DNA of 62,997 nucleotides, the filler included, from Trichomonas gallinae (lineage: Eukaryota), in assembly GCA_008369845.1 (NCBI GenBank). It is 9 parts of 9 records of this genome, joined end to end, with 100 filler letters (N's around TTAATTAATTAA, not from the genome) between each part and the next. Parts side by side here need not be neighbours in the genome. Positions count along the whole stretch, not along the records: positions 14,276 to 38,906 come from MRSU01001071.1; positions 39,007 to 48,376 come from MRSU01001073.1; 7 more parts are not named here. One strand, 5' to 3'. A program made the position numbers and the translations under genes. The notes beneath the pieces were generated by a model, which did not search any database, had not been told where the DNA came from, and saw nothing but the letters and a program-made list of their open reading frames with translations. Shown here in pieces: positions 34,246-47,030 of the stretch. Position 1 is the first letter of the stretch; each line of letters opens with the position of its first letter.

Positions 34246-35838
34246 ATGACTGCTGTTGCTGATCAATTCAACTTCGCTAAGATCCAGTGGCCAAAGTGCG
34301 ACAACTTAACAGAGCTCGATCAGAAGATATTTGAGCTTTCTCAGAAGTACGCTCCAGATGCTATCGAGCTTTTAAGAGAGATCGTTCGCATCCCAGCTGA
34401 TCACTATGAGAAGGACCCATTCTGTGGAACATCCAACCACGAAGGACCACGCCTCGAGTACCTCAAGAAGAGAATTTTCGAACTCGGTGCTGTTACAAAG
34501 GCTGAGGACGTTAAGATTGACCCATTCGGCTCCATTGTCTGGACAGTTACAGATGATGCTGATGAAACACCATTAGACCAGAGAAAGTGCATCTACATGG
34601 ATGGACACACAGATACAGTTTACCCACTCCGCGAAGAATGGCACAAGCGCCTTGGTGAGGGCATTGACTGCTTCAACGGCCTCACAGATAAGGATAAGGT
34701 CTCCGAGGAAGCCCTCAAGGCTGAATTGCGCCATATCCCACCAAAGGAGATGTGGGATCGCCTCCTCTTCGGCCGTGGTACAGCTGACCAGCTCCAGGGT
34801 GTCGTTTCTCAGGTCTTTGCAACAAAGATCCTTCTTGAGACAAAGCATCTCGGCTCCCTCAAGGGTTCCGTCATCATTTCCGTCGGCACAGTCGCTGAGG
34901 AAGACAATGATGGTGGCGCTCCAATGCACATCATCCGCAAGCAGAACCTTGCACCACATCAGGTTCCAGATTGCGTCATCCTTACAGAAGGCACAGGCGA
35001 TCTTGCACCAGGCAAGGGTCCATGCGGCATCTACATCGGCCAGCGTGGTCGTTGCCAGGTCCAGGTCGAAGTCGTCGGCCAATCTTGCCACGGCTCAATG
35101 CCAACACAGGGTATCAACCCACTCGAGTGGGGCTCAAAGATCATTGCCGAGGCTGAGGAGCAGGAGCGCAACGGCTTCCTCCCACACCCATTCCTTGGCA
35201 AGGGCACACGCACAACATCATGGTGCCAGCTCGACACACCATCAGACTGCGCCGTCCCAGCCCGCTTCGTCTTCAGGTTCGACCGCAGAATGACAGCAGG
35301 CGAAAACTCAGAGGGTGCCATCAAGGAAGTCGAGTCCCTCAAGGCTGTCGCCGAGGCACGCAAGGCTGGCTGCAAGGTCAACATCTCCATCCCATTCTAC
35401 GACCACGAGTCATGGACAGGCGTCAAGGCTGACAATCCACAAGACTACATGGGCTGGGTTACACCAATGACAGATCCAGTTGTCCAGTCCGCCTACGAGG
35501 CCTACAAGCGCTGCGTCACACCACACATCCCAGACAACGAGCCACTCGACAACGACCACCTCCGCAAGGAGCCACGTGTCGAGAGATGGATCTTCTCAAC
35601 AGATGGTGTCGGCTACCCAATCAAGAAGAAGGATGCCAGATTCTCACTCGAGAACAAGAATTGGATCGAGGTCGGCGACTACGTTCACCCACCAATGTTC
35701 GGCATCGGTGCTGGCTACGAGCACCACTGCCACAAGCTCGGTGAGTACCTCCACAAGGACCACATCTGGGCTCCAATCGCTGTCATGGCTCGCTTCCCAT
35801 CTCTCTTCGTCAAGGCCCGTGCTGCACAGGCTAAGTAA
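34246..35838 (+). CDS. M20-family metallohydrolase, YgeY-like
   Basis: DGHTD, GRGTADQ, EEDNDG, LTEGT, GQRGR, SCHGSMP, DRRMTAGE, SWTG, WIFSTDG. Strong C-ending codon bias. Confidence 0.88.
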   Translation: MTAVADQFNFAKIQWPKCDNLTELDQKIFELSQKYAPDAIELLREIVRIPADHYEKDPFCGTSNHEGPRLEYLKKRIFELGAVTKAEDVKIDPFGSIVWTVTDDADETPLDQRKCIYMDGHTDTVYPLREEWHKRLGEGIDCFNGLTDKDKVSEEALKAELRHIPPKEMWDRLLFGRGTADQLQGVVSQVFATKILLETKHLGSLKGSVIISVGTVAEEDNDGGAPMHIIRKQNLAPHQVPDCVILTEGTGDLAPGKGPCGIYIGQRGRCQVQVEVVGQSCHGSMPTQGINPLEWGSKIIAEAEEQERNGFLPHPFLGKGTRTTSWCQLDTPSDCAVPARFVFRFDRRMTAGENSEGAIKEVESLKAVAEARKAGCKVNISIPFYDHESWTGVKADNPQDYMGWVTPMTDPVVQSAYEAYKRCVTPHIPDNEPLDNDHLRKEPRVERWIFSTDGVGYPIKKKDARFSLENKNWIEVGDYVHPPMFGIGAGYEHHCHKLGEYLHKDHIWAPIAVMARFPSLFVKARAAQAK

Positions 35839-35921
35839 GGTTTTATACAACACAGTTTTAGGTTAAAAGGTTTGATATTATTCGAAATATATTATTTTTT
35901 TCTTCCTGTAAATATTTCTGA

Positions 35922-36227
35922 CATTTGTAAACCAATTTTTTTTGACTCGAGTTTTTCAATTTCCATAAAAATAAAACCATTATTTGATAGATATTTGTAA
36001 CATATTTAAATTAGAATATTTGACATTTTTCAAATTTCTGTGTTTGTAAATCAATTTTCGGCAAATTCTACTTGCATTTGCAAACCAAATTTTTGACAAG
36101 AGATTTTCGAGTTATAAAAATATAAGGCAGTTATCAGATAAATTGGTTTAATATAAGTAAATTATAGCATTTGACAGTATTCAATTTCGAAATTTTGGTG
36201 CTTGTAAACTAAATTTTGGCAAATTCT
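35922..36227. repeat. Degenerate ~155-bp tandem duplication
   Basis: Two copies (about 35922-36069 and 36075-36227), each starting CATTTG(T/C)AAACCAA and ending GGCAAATTCT. Confidence 0.7.
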
Positions 36228-36545
36228 TCTGACTTTTGAAAATGTTTTCAGAAAAGAATATAAACAGCAAATGATGCGTTATTAAATTTATTGACGATTA
36301 ATAAAAAGGCTTTAAAAATTTTGAGAATAACTTTTTAAGGACAAATTTACAACATCTATCTGTTATAACGAGTTATTCCAAATTTAAGATTTTAACGTCT
36401 TTTCACTTCTAACGTTTTTTCCGAAAATGGTTCAAATCAGACTAAACAGACGTTATTAGTTATTATTTTTAATACGAAGTTTTCACTAATTTACAACTAT
36501 TCAAATTTTACAGATATTTTACGTTTTTATAGCAATCAATTCAAA

Positions 36546-37376
36546 ATGACGAAGAGACGATCTATCACCATGAATCATTCATGCCCATCGCTTAAGCTAA
36601 ATGGCACGATCGAGTCCAAGCCAGTGCCGTGGCTATTTCTTGAAACCGGATATGTGCAAAGGAAAAAAACACATCCAAGAAAAATTACTGGTCAAGTTTC
36701 ACTACCTGCAAAACATATGACATTCGGTAGTGATATTATGTTTGCCAATACTTCCGTTGGATTTACAAATCAAGAAATGAATATTATTAATAATGCTGAA
36801 AAAAGACAGGCTGCGGAACTAGAGATACAGGGAGATGTTTCTCGTGTTAATTTAGCGAAGCAATACAATGCTCAATCTAAAATCGAATTTCAAACTTTAA
36901 TGCAGAAGCAGCAAGAAGAGGCTAACTTGAGGAATAAGGCTAAATTATTGTTCAAAGATCCAGAAGGTGAAGAGCTTATCACTCCTAGGTCAGCAAATAC
37001 AGAACAATCAGTTTTTCTCGAATCATCGCGTGCTGATTATGAAAACAACAAAGTCGACCAAAACGATGATGAATTCATGGAAAAACTGCAAACATTCGAT
37101 ACTTTACAAATGAAAAATATGATTTTGGATTCGCTTACACCTGAAGTTAAACTACGAGGTTCACATTTCACAAACTCAAACTACACATTTACCAAAGACA
37201 ACCAAATTAGCGAAAGAATTACGGGCGGTCGAAGAAATATTCGACGTGCTGTTTCTTCGATGGTTGATCCCAATGAAGTGCAGATATCATCGCAGATCAA
37301 TAAATTCCCGAATCCGAGAGATATGAATTATCAGTCAATAAGTCGAATGAATAAGTTCTATGACGGTAAATATTAA
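36546..37376 (+). CDS. Hypothetical protein (276 aa)
   Basis: Long clean ORF, partly coiled-coil-like. No family recognised. Confidence 0.8.
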   Translation: MTKRRSITMNHSCPSLKLNGTIESKPVPWLFLETGYVQRKKTHPRKITGQVSLPAKHMTFGSDIMFANTSVGFTNQEMNIINNAEKRQAAELEIQGDVSRVNLAKQYNAQSKIEFQTLMQKQQEEANLRNKAKLLFKDPEGEELITPRSANTEQSVFLESSRADYENNKVDQNDDEFMEKLQTFDTLQMKNMILDSLTPEVKLRGSHFTNSNYTFTKDNQISERITGGRRNIRRAVSSMVDPNEVQISSQINKFPNPRDMNYQSISRMNKFYDGKY

Positions 37377-37579
37377 AATCAAAAGCGCAGATGTTTTCAG
37401 TTGTATTCCATCATGTTTTGCAATGTTTGGATGTAATAATTTAATATTAATAAAATTATGTTTGTAATGTTTTCTATATTACTGATATTTTACTATTTAG
37501 AAGTTACATTTCAAAAATAAACATCTCTTTTTGCTTAATTCGAAACTAATTTCCTTTCATTTTTTCTAATTTAGTAATT

Positions 37580-38329
37580 TTATATGAGTATGATGACATT
37601 AACAAGGAAATATGTATAGAAATAACCTCCTTTTTCGTTAATTGTCGGACATTTAGGTTTTGAAATTGGAATATAGGCTATTTCTATGTTTGAAGCGCTT
37701 CCATCAAACAAGTTAGCCTTATTAAATTTAATTTTATCCTCACGATTTTGAATTTCAACATATTCCATATTTGAGCAATAAAATATAAAGAAAGATTGAA
37801 TTATTTTAACTGTAGATGGCAATCTTATGTATTTTGTAGTGTTGCTATATGCAAAGGCTGCCATAAAAATGACTTCAACCCCTTCTGGAACAATAATATG
37901 GGTTTCATTTCTATTTGGAGGCCAGTAATATAGAGTATTCATATCAATTGTGTAAACAACACCATTTATATCTTTATAATTCTTGTTTCCTGATTCAACT
38001 ATTAATGATTTCAAATAATACGTTCTATCAAATGCTTGGTATGGACTAAGTGCTGTAACAGATGCTGGAATAGTGAAGTATTCAACTTTTGTACCTTTTA
38101 AAAAATTATTTGATATTGATTTTAGACTATGATCAAACGAAATATTGATTAAATCATTACATTTAATGAATGGACTCTCAACACATGATGAGAATCCTTC
38201 TATTATGAATCTGATTGCATCAGTATTTTGTGTTATAACATCCAGAACTTCTGTTCCATTTATTAAATAGGAGCCATCCGCTCCTGATGGAGTAAAACTT
38301 GTTATGCCCGTATTCTCTCATTGAGTCAT
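37580..38329 (-). pseudogene. BspA-like (TpLRR) surface protein with an early TGA
   Basis: The frame is open from 38317 to the stop at 37580 (FTIPASVT, VESGNKNYKDINGVVYT, IVPEGVEVI, IRLPSTVKII). The upstream ATG at 38329 reads ATG-ACT-CAA-TGA. Confidence 0.75.
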
Positions 38330-39006
38330 CAACAATAGGAAACAAAAAATAAAATGGCACTTTTGATATTGTTATAAAAACATAACAGCAATGAAGATCA
38401 TTCTTTATTTAGAAGTGTAGAAACTAAGAATTATCCAAAGCATTTGGTCTTCAGATGGACGAATAAATTCATATAACGAAACAGAAAAACAGAAGCAGCT
38501 TCGAAGAAAAGTCTAATCGTGAGCATCTCAAGTTAGAAGTGTGCTAGATTCGATCTGAACACTGATATAGATAGCTCACAACAACACACTTTACATCATA
38601 TATTATTGAGTTTTGAATCGTATCAGATTATAATTTTCCCCATTGTTTTTTTTTAATTCGGTTAATGCCCTATTTTTTGGTATGTTCTGAGACATATATT
38701 TTCATTTTTTTATTGGAGTTCAACTTGCTTGTTGAGTATCTTCATGAAACTGATTCCATAGCGACTCAAATCAATTAAGAACTGAAAGCCATCTCAAAGA
38801 CACAACTTCCAACAGTTCAACAATCATCAAGATCCTTCCTATGCCAAGCTGGTCCAATGAAAGTTTTCCCGAGCCGAATATTACAAAAAAAAAAAAAAAA
38901 AAAAAANNNNNNNNNNNNNNNNNNNNNNNNNNNNNNNNNNNNNNNNNNNNTTAATTAATTAANNNNNNNNNNNNNNNNNNNNNNNNNNNNNNNNNNNNNN
39001 NNNNNN

Positions 39007-42000
39007 AACATAATGTTGAGCATCCTCATGACGTACTGAGCGTCATGCGAGCCACACCATGGAGTGAACTCGACGACATCCAAGAAGAGAATTGTTGCTG
39101 ACTGAACAGAGAAAGAGATGTTCTTCTCGCCTGCTTGAACTCTAGGGACAAGCATTGGCGGGAGAATAGAAGCCAACATAGAGTCTGACTTCTTCTTTTC
39201 GTCGACCATCAATTTCTCGTGCATGACGTTCTGTGTCTGATCTCTTCCTGAGTAGATTCTTTTTCCGCTGACACATGTTGTCGTGAACTCTAAGTAGACT
39301 TTGCTTCCGCTCTTGTTCGTGTAAATAAGATTTGCTGTCTGTGTGAAAACTTTTTGGACTTTTTCGTTGCTAGTGAATCTTGCCTCAGTGAAGAAGTCTT
39401 TGATTGGAGTGTCCTTGATTTCATCTTCTGAGATTCCGAACATCTCTTCGAAAGACTGATTGACAGTGATAACTTTGCCTGTTTCTTCCTGGCAGACAAT
39501 AACAGTATCATTCAGCTTGTTGACGATTTCATTTGAGAATCCGATGAACTTCTCGCTACTTGAATCGTCGCAGTAGTTGTACTGTCCTGCAAGGAGATCC
39601 ATAAGCTTCTGATTGTTCATTAAAACTGTTGGAGAACATTTCAAGAAAAGCTTGAGACAGAATTTGAGGAATGACTCTTCATGCTTTGCCATAATTAGAA
39701 TAACAATAGTAATAGCGAATGTGCTGGCAATGATTATCACAGAATAAATGATCTGCAGCTTGCCTTCATCCTTGAGATTATTCAATATGATTGGAATCAA
39801 AGCCTGTTCTGCTGGATAATAGAAAGCTTGGTAAAGTTCAATTGGTCCGACTTGCCAAATTTGTTGGAGAGTTTTATCTCTTGGATCAGGCAAAATTCCA
39901 TTCTTCATGTTTGAGTAGTATTTCTTCGCGTACGCGATAAAAACATACGACTGCTGGTCTACTGTCAAACAATGTGTGCTGTTCAGAATGTTTTCTGGTG
40001 GAAGAGAATCATTGACGCATGTTAACGCAATCGAACCTTCAGCGACAACTTCTTCTAACTCACTGAATGGGACTTCTCTAATATCTGTGCCACCGAGTCT
40101 GATGAATTGACCGTAATTGACAACTAATTTGATGACTTTGTCAATGTTGACAATTTCGTTTGTAACATTCACAGCAGTATTATGGAAAACTGGATCTGCA
40201 TTGTAAAGTGTCAATTTAAACATTCTCGCCAAAATTGCATATGTATATGAAACACAGCCGAAAAGATAGTTGATGTGATGGCAGTTGAAAACTAAATTAT
40301 TGGAAGCAGTAGAGATGCAGCGAATTGAAAGATAGTATCCAACGCACGCTAATCCAACAATCAAGAATGTAGAAATCATTACGAATGTTTCAATGGATGA
40401 ATTTGAGTTTCCGTCAGAAACAGATGAAAACAGTTTGATGATTGAGTCTTCCTGCCTGTTCCTTTCTGTATCAATACTGTCCATTGTTGATGTTCTCTCA
40501 TTTGTATCTTTCAGTTTGCTGAATGATACAGAGATCTGTGAGATAACTGTCTTAGGAAGCAATGTAAAAGAATACAAAATCTCGTATTTGTTCTTTCTTA
40601 ATTTTCTTATCTGGAAGAACAAAACTATTGGATAAACAACAATTGCCATGCAGATGAGCCCAATCATGCCTATCTTGAGATAAAGCTGGTAGTCTTTGTT
40701 CTGATCTTTCAAGAATTGAATCATTAATTCTAAAGCTGTTGTTGCAACTGTGTTACTGTGTCTGATTGTCACTGAATCTGATCCTGCTGCAATTTCTGGA
40801 GTCATATTTGGAACATCTAGAAGTTTTCCGACTTTATTTGATATAATGTAAGATAGTTCTGTGATTGTCGTTGGTGATTCAATCCAATATGTGTTGTTGA
40901 AGTAGTATTTATATGTAATACTTTGAGCGAACAATAAGCTTCTTGCTTTTTCCATTAATTTGTTCTTTGGCATGAATTGTGTCAATTTGCTCATCTGCAA
41001 GTTTGCTCCAGGAACAATTGTGCAGATGAACTTCAATATTTTGGACGTTCTATAGTTGTTTCCGAATGCGTCCATTTTGAATCCTGGCACTAAATCTATT
41101 CCAGGCATCAACTTTGTGCCAGGATTCCTGGGATCGTCGAGCTGCTGAAGTAAATGTCTGCCAGTAAAAGCAATAAGCATTGTGATGACATTTCTTATAT
41201 GTGCCATACCCTCCATGATAGTTATTGGGTCTTCCTGTGACTTTCTGTAATATGTGTACAAAACAATCAAGCCAATCAGTGGAATTAAAACAAGCAAGAA
41301 GAAGCATAATAAAGTTGACCTGAAGATGAAAGAAATTGCTGGGATCTTGTGGTTTTCAATTTGCTTTAAGATTGTCTCTGATCCTTCGTATTCAGGTGCT
41401 TCAGTCAAAATCATTTCATCCATGGATTCGCTTTCAACGATTTTGTCTTTTGTGCCTGAAGCAGACAAGTGTTGACATGTTGCTGGCAAGTTTGGATAAG
41501 CTGCAATACCTAAGTCGAATATGATGTCCTCTCTCACTAAAATTCCTCTGTTTAGTTTTGTTAAATCGTCAATGGCTTTTTTGGTCAAAAATGGATTCGC
41601 TATGATTTCGAGATTCAGTTTGACATTTTGTCTCGAAACATATCTGTTGTTTGGATATGACATTACCAAATAGTCAACCTCTCTGACGCATTGATTGACA
41701 CTCTCCTGTGTTCTTTTGATTGCTGAGTTCATTTCGTTGACGTTTGCCTGCAAAATCAAATCCCAAATGTTTCTCAATCTGTTCTTTGTTTTGTTGAACA
41801 TTTTAGAGAGCTTGGCGATCTTTGATTTAAGTTGTGACGTAAACCTTGTCTCTCTGGTCTTAACTATATAGTCTATGCTATCAATGATCTTGCTGACGAA
41901 GGAGCTCTTGATTTTCAAGGCGACAATGTGCTGGACAATGAATGGAAGTTGGTTTGTGTTTTCTGGGTAAATTGCTAAGTATTTTGCGTAAACAGCCCAG

Positions 42001-43181
42001 ATGTTTATATCATCTTTCCACTCCTCGGCAGCCATTTTGAATATGGTGTAGTCAACGCAGACAGGATGGGAATATTCGAATCCAGTCGAGATGATTTCGA
42101 AGAATTTCTTGCTCTTCTTCAATATATGGATATCTCTTGAGTCCTCAATCTCATCCAACACCTTAAGTTGGCGCTGTACGCGTCTCCTGAAGTAAAGTGA
42201 AGTGAAACTAAAAGTGACAACACAAACGAAGAAAAATCCAACGAAAAATTCCGGTCCCCATGTATTTGGCATGAAGTTGATGTACATATTTGCGATGCAT
42301 AGGAACATACCTACAATTGAGCCGCCTAAAATCATAACTTGGTGCCTTTGTTTGACGAAATTTGCGCAATTGAAGACAGTTGTAGCAGAATAAATGTAGA
42401 AAAGGAATGAGATTCCGATCATGATGGCTGATGGCAGTGGTCCCATGTATGAAGTTAACGAGCTAACGAATGTGACCATTATTGTTGTAATGTAAAGCCT
42501 AACCTGTGGAGTGGATTGAATGGAGGCCAATGAGCATGGTCTGAATATCAATGAGATTGAATATGCTTTGATCAAGATCCAAACGTAAGATAATGTTACA
42601 AGAACTGATAAAACCATTGCAATATAATCTTGAACTGTAATTTCGGCGGCTCTTGTCACTTGTGCGGAAAATATCTGTCCTGTGAACTGTGCGAGTAATG
42701 GAATAAATATGAAAGGCACAATTGCGTTCATGGTGTTGAGTAAATGTAGAGAAAACTTAGAAACTCTGCTGGTTCTGGCATATGTGAATGATACAATAAC
42801 AAGATATAAACCAAAGAATACAAGAACTGCATTAACTGCAAATAATATAATTGCGCCATTTCCTAATCTGTATTCAAGTGGTACGATATGGAACAGCACA
42901 CTGAGTATGCTTACTGTTCTGTATGCCTGCGTTCCTGGAAGGAAAGATGTGGAATTGTTTGCCATGAAAGCTCCACCAATGAGTTGGAACAATCTGATAT
43001 ATGAGACAATCTCATATACTAATCCCATCTTTGCACCATAGATATCAAAGTAATTGAACAAAGAAACCAGGTTATCTGATAACGTTTCAGTGAATGGGAC
43101 GTCAATCAACTTGCTAAGCATCGAGTTACTGTAAGATAATTCATATGTCGACGTTGTTTTCGTTGATTGAACTTCCTCCAT
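39007..43181 (-). CDS. Receptor-type transmembrane adenylate/guanylate cyclase with PAS domain, 3' end lost in the gap
   Basis: Many TMs, PAS-like ITVNQSFEEMFG, EKKKSDSMLASILP helix, and SATILFLDVVEFT class III cyclase start. Confidence 0.93.
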
Positions 43182-45421
43182 CAAAGAAAATGAACTGAAA
43201 AACTTAAAAACTTTTGGCCATTGTTTTGAAAAGTAAATATCGTTACTTCTATTCCTTTATATTGATATATGCTTTTATAAAGGAGTAAAACCGCTTTTGA
43301 ATAATTATTCATAGTTGTTAATTTATTGAAAAATTTGAATTCTTTTTCACATTATTTCCTTTCAATTAATAAAAATGGTGAAAGGTGTGTAAATCTATCA
43401 TATTATGAATAAAAATACATTTAACAATCATTTTCAAAAGAAATATTGATTTCTGGAAATGATCGCAAAATAACCATAATCCATCGAATTATGCAACATA
43501 GTATTAACGTGTATAATAATTCTATTAAAATGTATTTTTGCCGATTTTTGAAATGAAATGATGGGAAATATGGAATATAGCAATATGAAAACAAAATCAG
43601 CCGGCTGTGTGATGTTTGAGTTTTCAATACTGCGGAAAATTTTTGTGAGCAACACAATCAATAAACATTTGAAGTTGTAAAATGGATCTACAATGAATAG
43701 AGAATAATTGAGTTTTCAATTCATAATCATTTACATTTAAGAAATACTGAATTATGTATATTATTGAGTTTGCGCGCCATCTTAATCCGCAATGAAATAA
43801 ATTCAATGGAATATTCTCAATCTGAAAATTAAATTCAAAAAAACGTAATTCAAATTTTGAAAAAATTAAAGTGATTGTATTTCATTTGCTAGAGGAATGC
43901 TTTAGATTTAACAAGGCACAGAAAAACTTCAGAAAAAGTTTGATAGCTAATTCAAAAATTCAATTGATATTAATAAAGAACAAACTTAGTTTTGGCTTTA
44001 TTTTAATTGGTAACATTATTCTAGTGGTTATTTTTGAATGGTACTCTTTTTCAATTAAAAAAATTGAATGATATATTTTCGATTGCTATTTTTAACCCAA
44101 TCATATTATAATTCAACTGGTGACAAAATCACATTTTAAATATACCTCAATTCTCTTTTTTCAATAGAAAGCCAACATAAAATTTAGATAAGTAACTATC
44201 TGATCCGTTGATATCACTAAATCGATACAATCATCAATTTTAGTCATCTAATTGTTTTACAGGTTCGATTTATTATTCTATCATTTTTAACTGTGAAAAT
44301 CAATAACGCTGTTGTATCTGATATTGCTGTAGGGATTAAAAGCTCAAGATATCATAATTATAAAAAGTGACACTACTAATTTTTCATTCAAATTTGATTT
44401 CATTCAAACATTTCCACCGCCTACATTATAATCTTTGGGCTATGGATCGATTGATTTTAAATTTTAATCGAAATATTACCAATATCAACTCGATGATGCA
44501 ATTATATACTACTTGGAATGCGTGACTATCATTATCTGTAGTTGCTTTCTTTAAATTTTTTAGCTTTTCGATGAAACTCATAAGCAAAATTTTCAAATTT
44601 AATATTATCAGTAATCTTCATTGTACTTTATGATTTCTTCCCGTTTGACTTCATATATAATCCTTTTAGATCTTTCGAAACTAAATGAGTGACTTGTGGA
44701 ATAATTCATATAATCAAATGAATTAAAACACAGAAGCACATCTCATAAATCAGTTCATTAGTAAGAATGTGCAAGAATCAGCTCATTGAATGAATTTTGT
44801 TCTCATCATGAAATCGAGTTTCTTTGTTCACAGATGAATAAATCGAGATATTTTACCAACAGATATATATTGAGCATATAAAATAGTTTATTTAAATTTA
44901 TCATCATCATCTCGCAAAGAAATTGTTATCGATAAATTTGAAGTTTAAAATTCTTATTTAAGAAATTTTGTATACTGAATCTTGCTTAACTTTTTGAATC
45001 TATTTTATATTTGGATAATAAATATGCTAATTTGATCTAATTAAATTATCTTGAATAATGTTTTATAATGTTCAAAACAAGTCTATCTATTTCATAGAAT
45101 TATTAATAAGAGTAATAATTCTATGATGAGATAAATTATTATTTTTGGAATTTTTCAAAGTAGAAATCTGAAGATAGTTGATTGGTCATTGCAAACCCAA
45201 TATAATAGTTTATACGAGTTATGCTCCATATTCATTCAAATGATATAAGCAAGTGAATTCGTATTTAGAATGTGAATTCAAATATGAATTTAAACATGCA
45301 TTTGCAGTAATAATGCATCTATATAAGATGTATGGGATAAATCCAATGAGATTTATATAATAGATATGAATTCACAAGCTATCGAAAATTTTATATTTTT
45401 CAGTCATATCATTTTTCGAAA

Positions 45422-46681
45422 ATGTTGCGGAGAAAGATGAGCGTCCTCGAAAAGAGCTACATTCCAACAGCCTTGGAAGTTGTTGTGGCGTATCGTGTCA
45501 AGGATAAAAAGGCCAGAGACGAAGTTTGCGAAAAATTAATCAAATCTGTCGCAACATTTCATATGCATGTTGAAGGTGATGATTATGTATTCTCTCCAAG
45601 AGATGTTCCAGTACATAGAATCCCTTCAGGCATTACAGATCTCAAAGAACAGGCCTTTTATCTCTCAGAGCATTTTTCAAAGCTTCCAAGCGTTGCATTA
45701 GGAGCTATTGCTATATCCGATGATACTGTCGTGTTCTCTACTAATCATGGTGTCAACGATGGGGGTGCGATCAAAGATATTACAGAATGCTTAAGTCTTG
45801 GAAAAGAAATGCCTAAATTGGAGCTTCCTTTGGATGTTTTCGAGGCTTATCCAGAACAGATCGAGAACGCTAAAATCTTCTATGATTCATTTGCGTCGAA
45901 CAAGAATGATGTCCGCTATAATAGCGCTGACCTCAAAAATGCAACGAATTCATTCAATACAAAATGTGCTCTCTCATCATTATATGATTATGAATTCAAA
46001 TGCTTCGATAAGAAAGACAAAAAGCTCCACGGATTGACAGAATCCTACTTTTCATCAATGGTTTTAAGTCTCAGCGCCATGAATGGAAAGTTTGATAAAG
46101 GTGGTCTTTGGGAAGTTATCGGAATGAGACCATATGGCAATCCAAAGCTTAACCTTCGCCAAGGAAACTACTGCACGATCATGCCTGTCGATTTGAACGG
46201 AGCCACAAATGATACAACGATCGCTGAGATGATGAAAATGTACAGAAAAGATTTGCAAGACAAGCTCAAGAAGAACGCGCATTTTGCCTTCTGGGACGCG
46301 ACTAAGTATGGTTACCCAAAGGCAGAACCAATCCCAGGAGCCCCAACTATCCGCTCGTCCATCGGAAATCTCATCGCTAAAGGCCCAATCAAAGATGTGT
46401 TCTTGATGACACACTCGGTCGGCGGAAACTACATTTTGAATTTGGGAACAATTACTTACTGCATTGACAACGGCAAAGTGAAGAGATTCAATCTCACATC
46501 GACGTACTTCCCAACTTTGATCAGCGACAGAGAAGTTCAGACTTTTGTCGATTTGGCGAAATATGCACTTAAGAATCTTGATTTTAACACAAGAATCGGT
46601 GACGCTGTTGATATACTCAAGGAAGAAGAGAGGAAACTCTTCAAGAAATATGATAATATCGAAAAGATTGTCAAGGTCTAA
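45422..46681 (+). CDS. CoA-dependent acyltransferase / condensation-fold protein (alcohol acetyltransferase-like)
   Basis: HxxxDG motif (NHGVNDGG) and an N-terminal RKMSVLEK. Inr at 45409. Confidence 0.65.
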   Translation: MLRRKMSVLEKSYIPTALEVVVAYRVKDKKARDEVCEKLIKSVATFHMHVEGDDYVFSPRDVPVHRIPSGITDLKEQAFYLSEHFSKLPSVALGAIAISDDTVVFSTNHGVNDGGAIKDITECLSLGKEMPKLELPLDVFEAYPEQIENAKIFYDSFASNKNDVRYNSADLKNATNSFNTKCALSSLYDYEFKCFDKKDKKLHGLTESYFSSMVLSLSAMNGKFDKGGLWEVIGMRPYGNPKLNLRQGNYCTIMPVDLNGATNDTTIAEMMKMYRKDLQDKLKKNAHFAFWDATKYGYPKAEPIPGAPTIRSSIGNLIAKGPIKDVFLMTHSVGGNYILNLGTITYCIDNGKVKRFNLTSTYFPTLISDREVQTFVDLAKYALKNLDFNTRIGDAVDILKEEERKLFKKYDNIEKIVKV

Positions 46682-47030
46682 ATTTCATTTTGTCAATTGA
46701 GCTTTAGAATATAAATAAAGAATATCCATCTAACATTAATTATAGTATTTTAATAAGAGATATTAAAAATTTCGATTTTTAAATTCGAATAAATATATTT
46801 TGTGATTTAATATGGTAGTTATGACAAACCAATCAAAATATGTAATAATAAAACAGAGTTTCATCTAATTAGCTGAGTAAATTAGTCTAAAAACTGAAAA
46901 ATAAGATGAACCTTAGAGAAATATTAATCGTAGATAAGAAGAACTTTGTAAAAATTATTTGATTTAAGGATATATACAAACAAAATTTATTACAAACAAT
47001 AAAATACAATAAGATATTAAATATTATTTC

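Noticed and set aside
34573..35866. Long overlapping and antisense ORFs within the M20 gene (likewise within 3342-5909 and 61531-62982)
   Set aside because: Shadow ORFs caused by strong codon bias; no recognisable protein features.
38885..38906. Poly-A runs here and at 14278-14303 as retroposon tails
   Set aside because: Both abut gaps; no RT fragment or target-site duplication can be shown.
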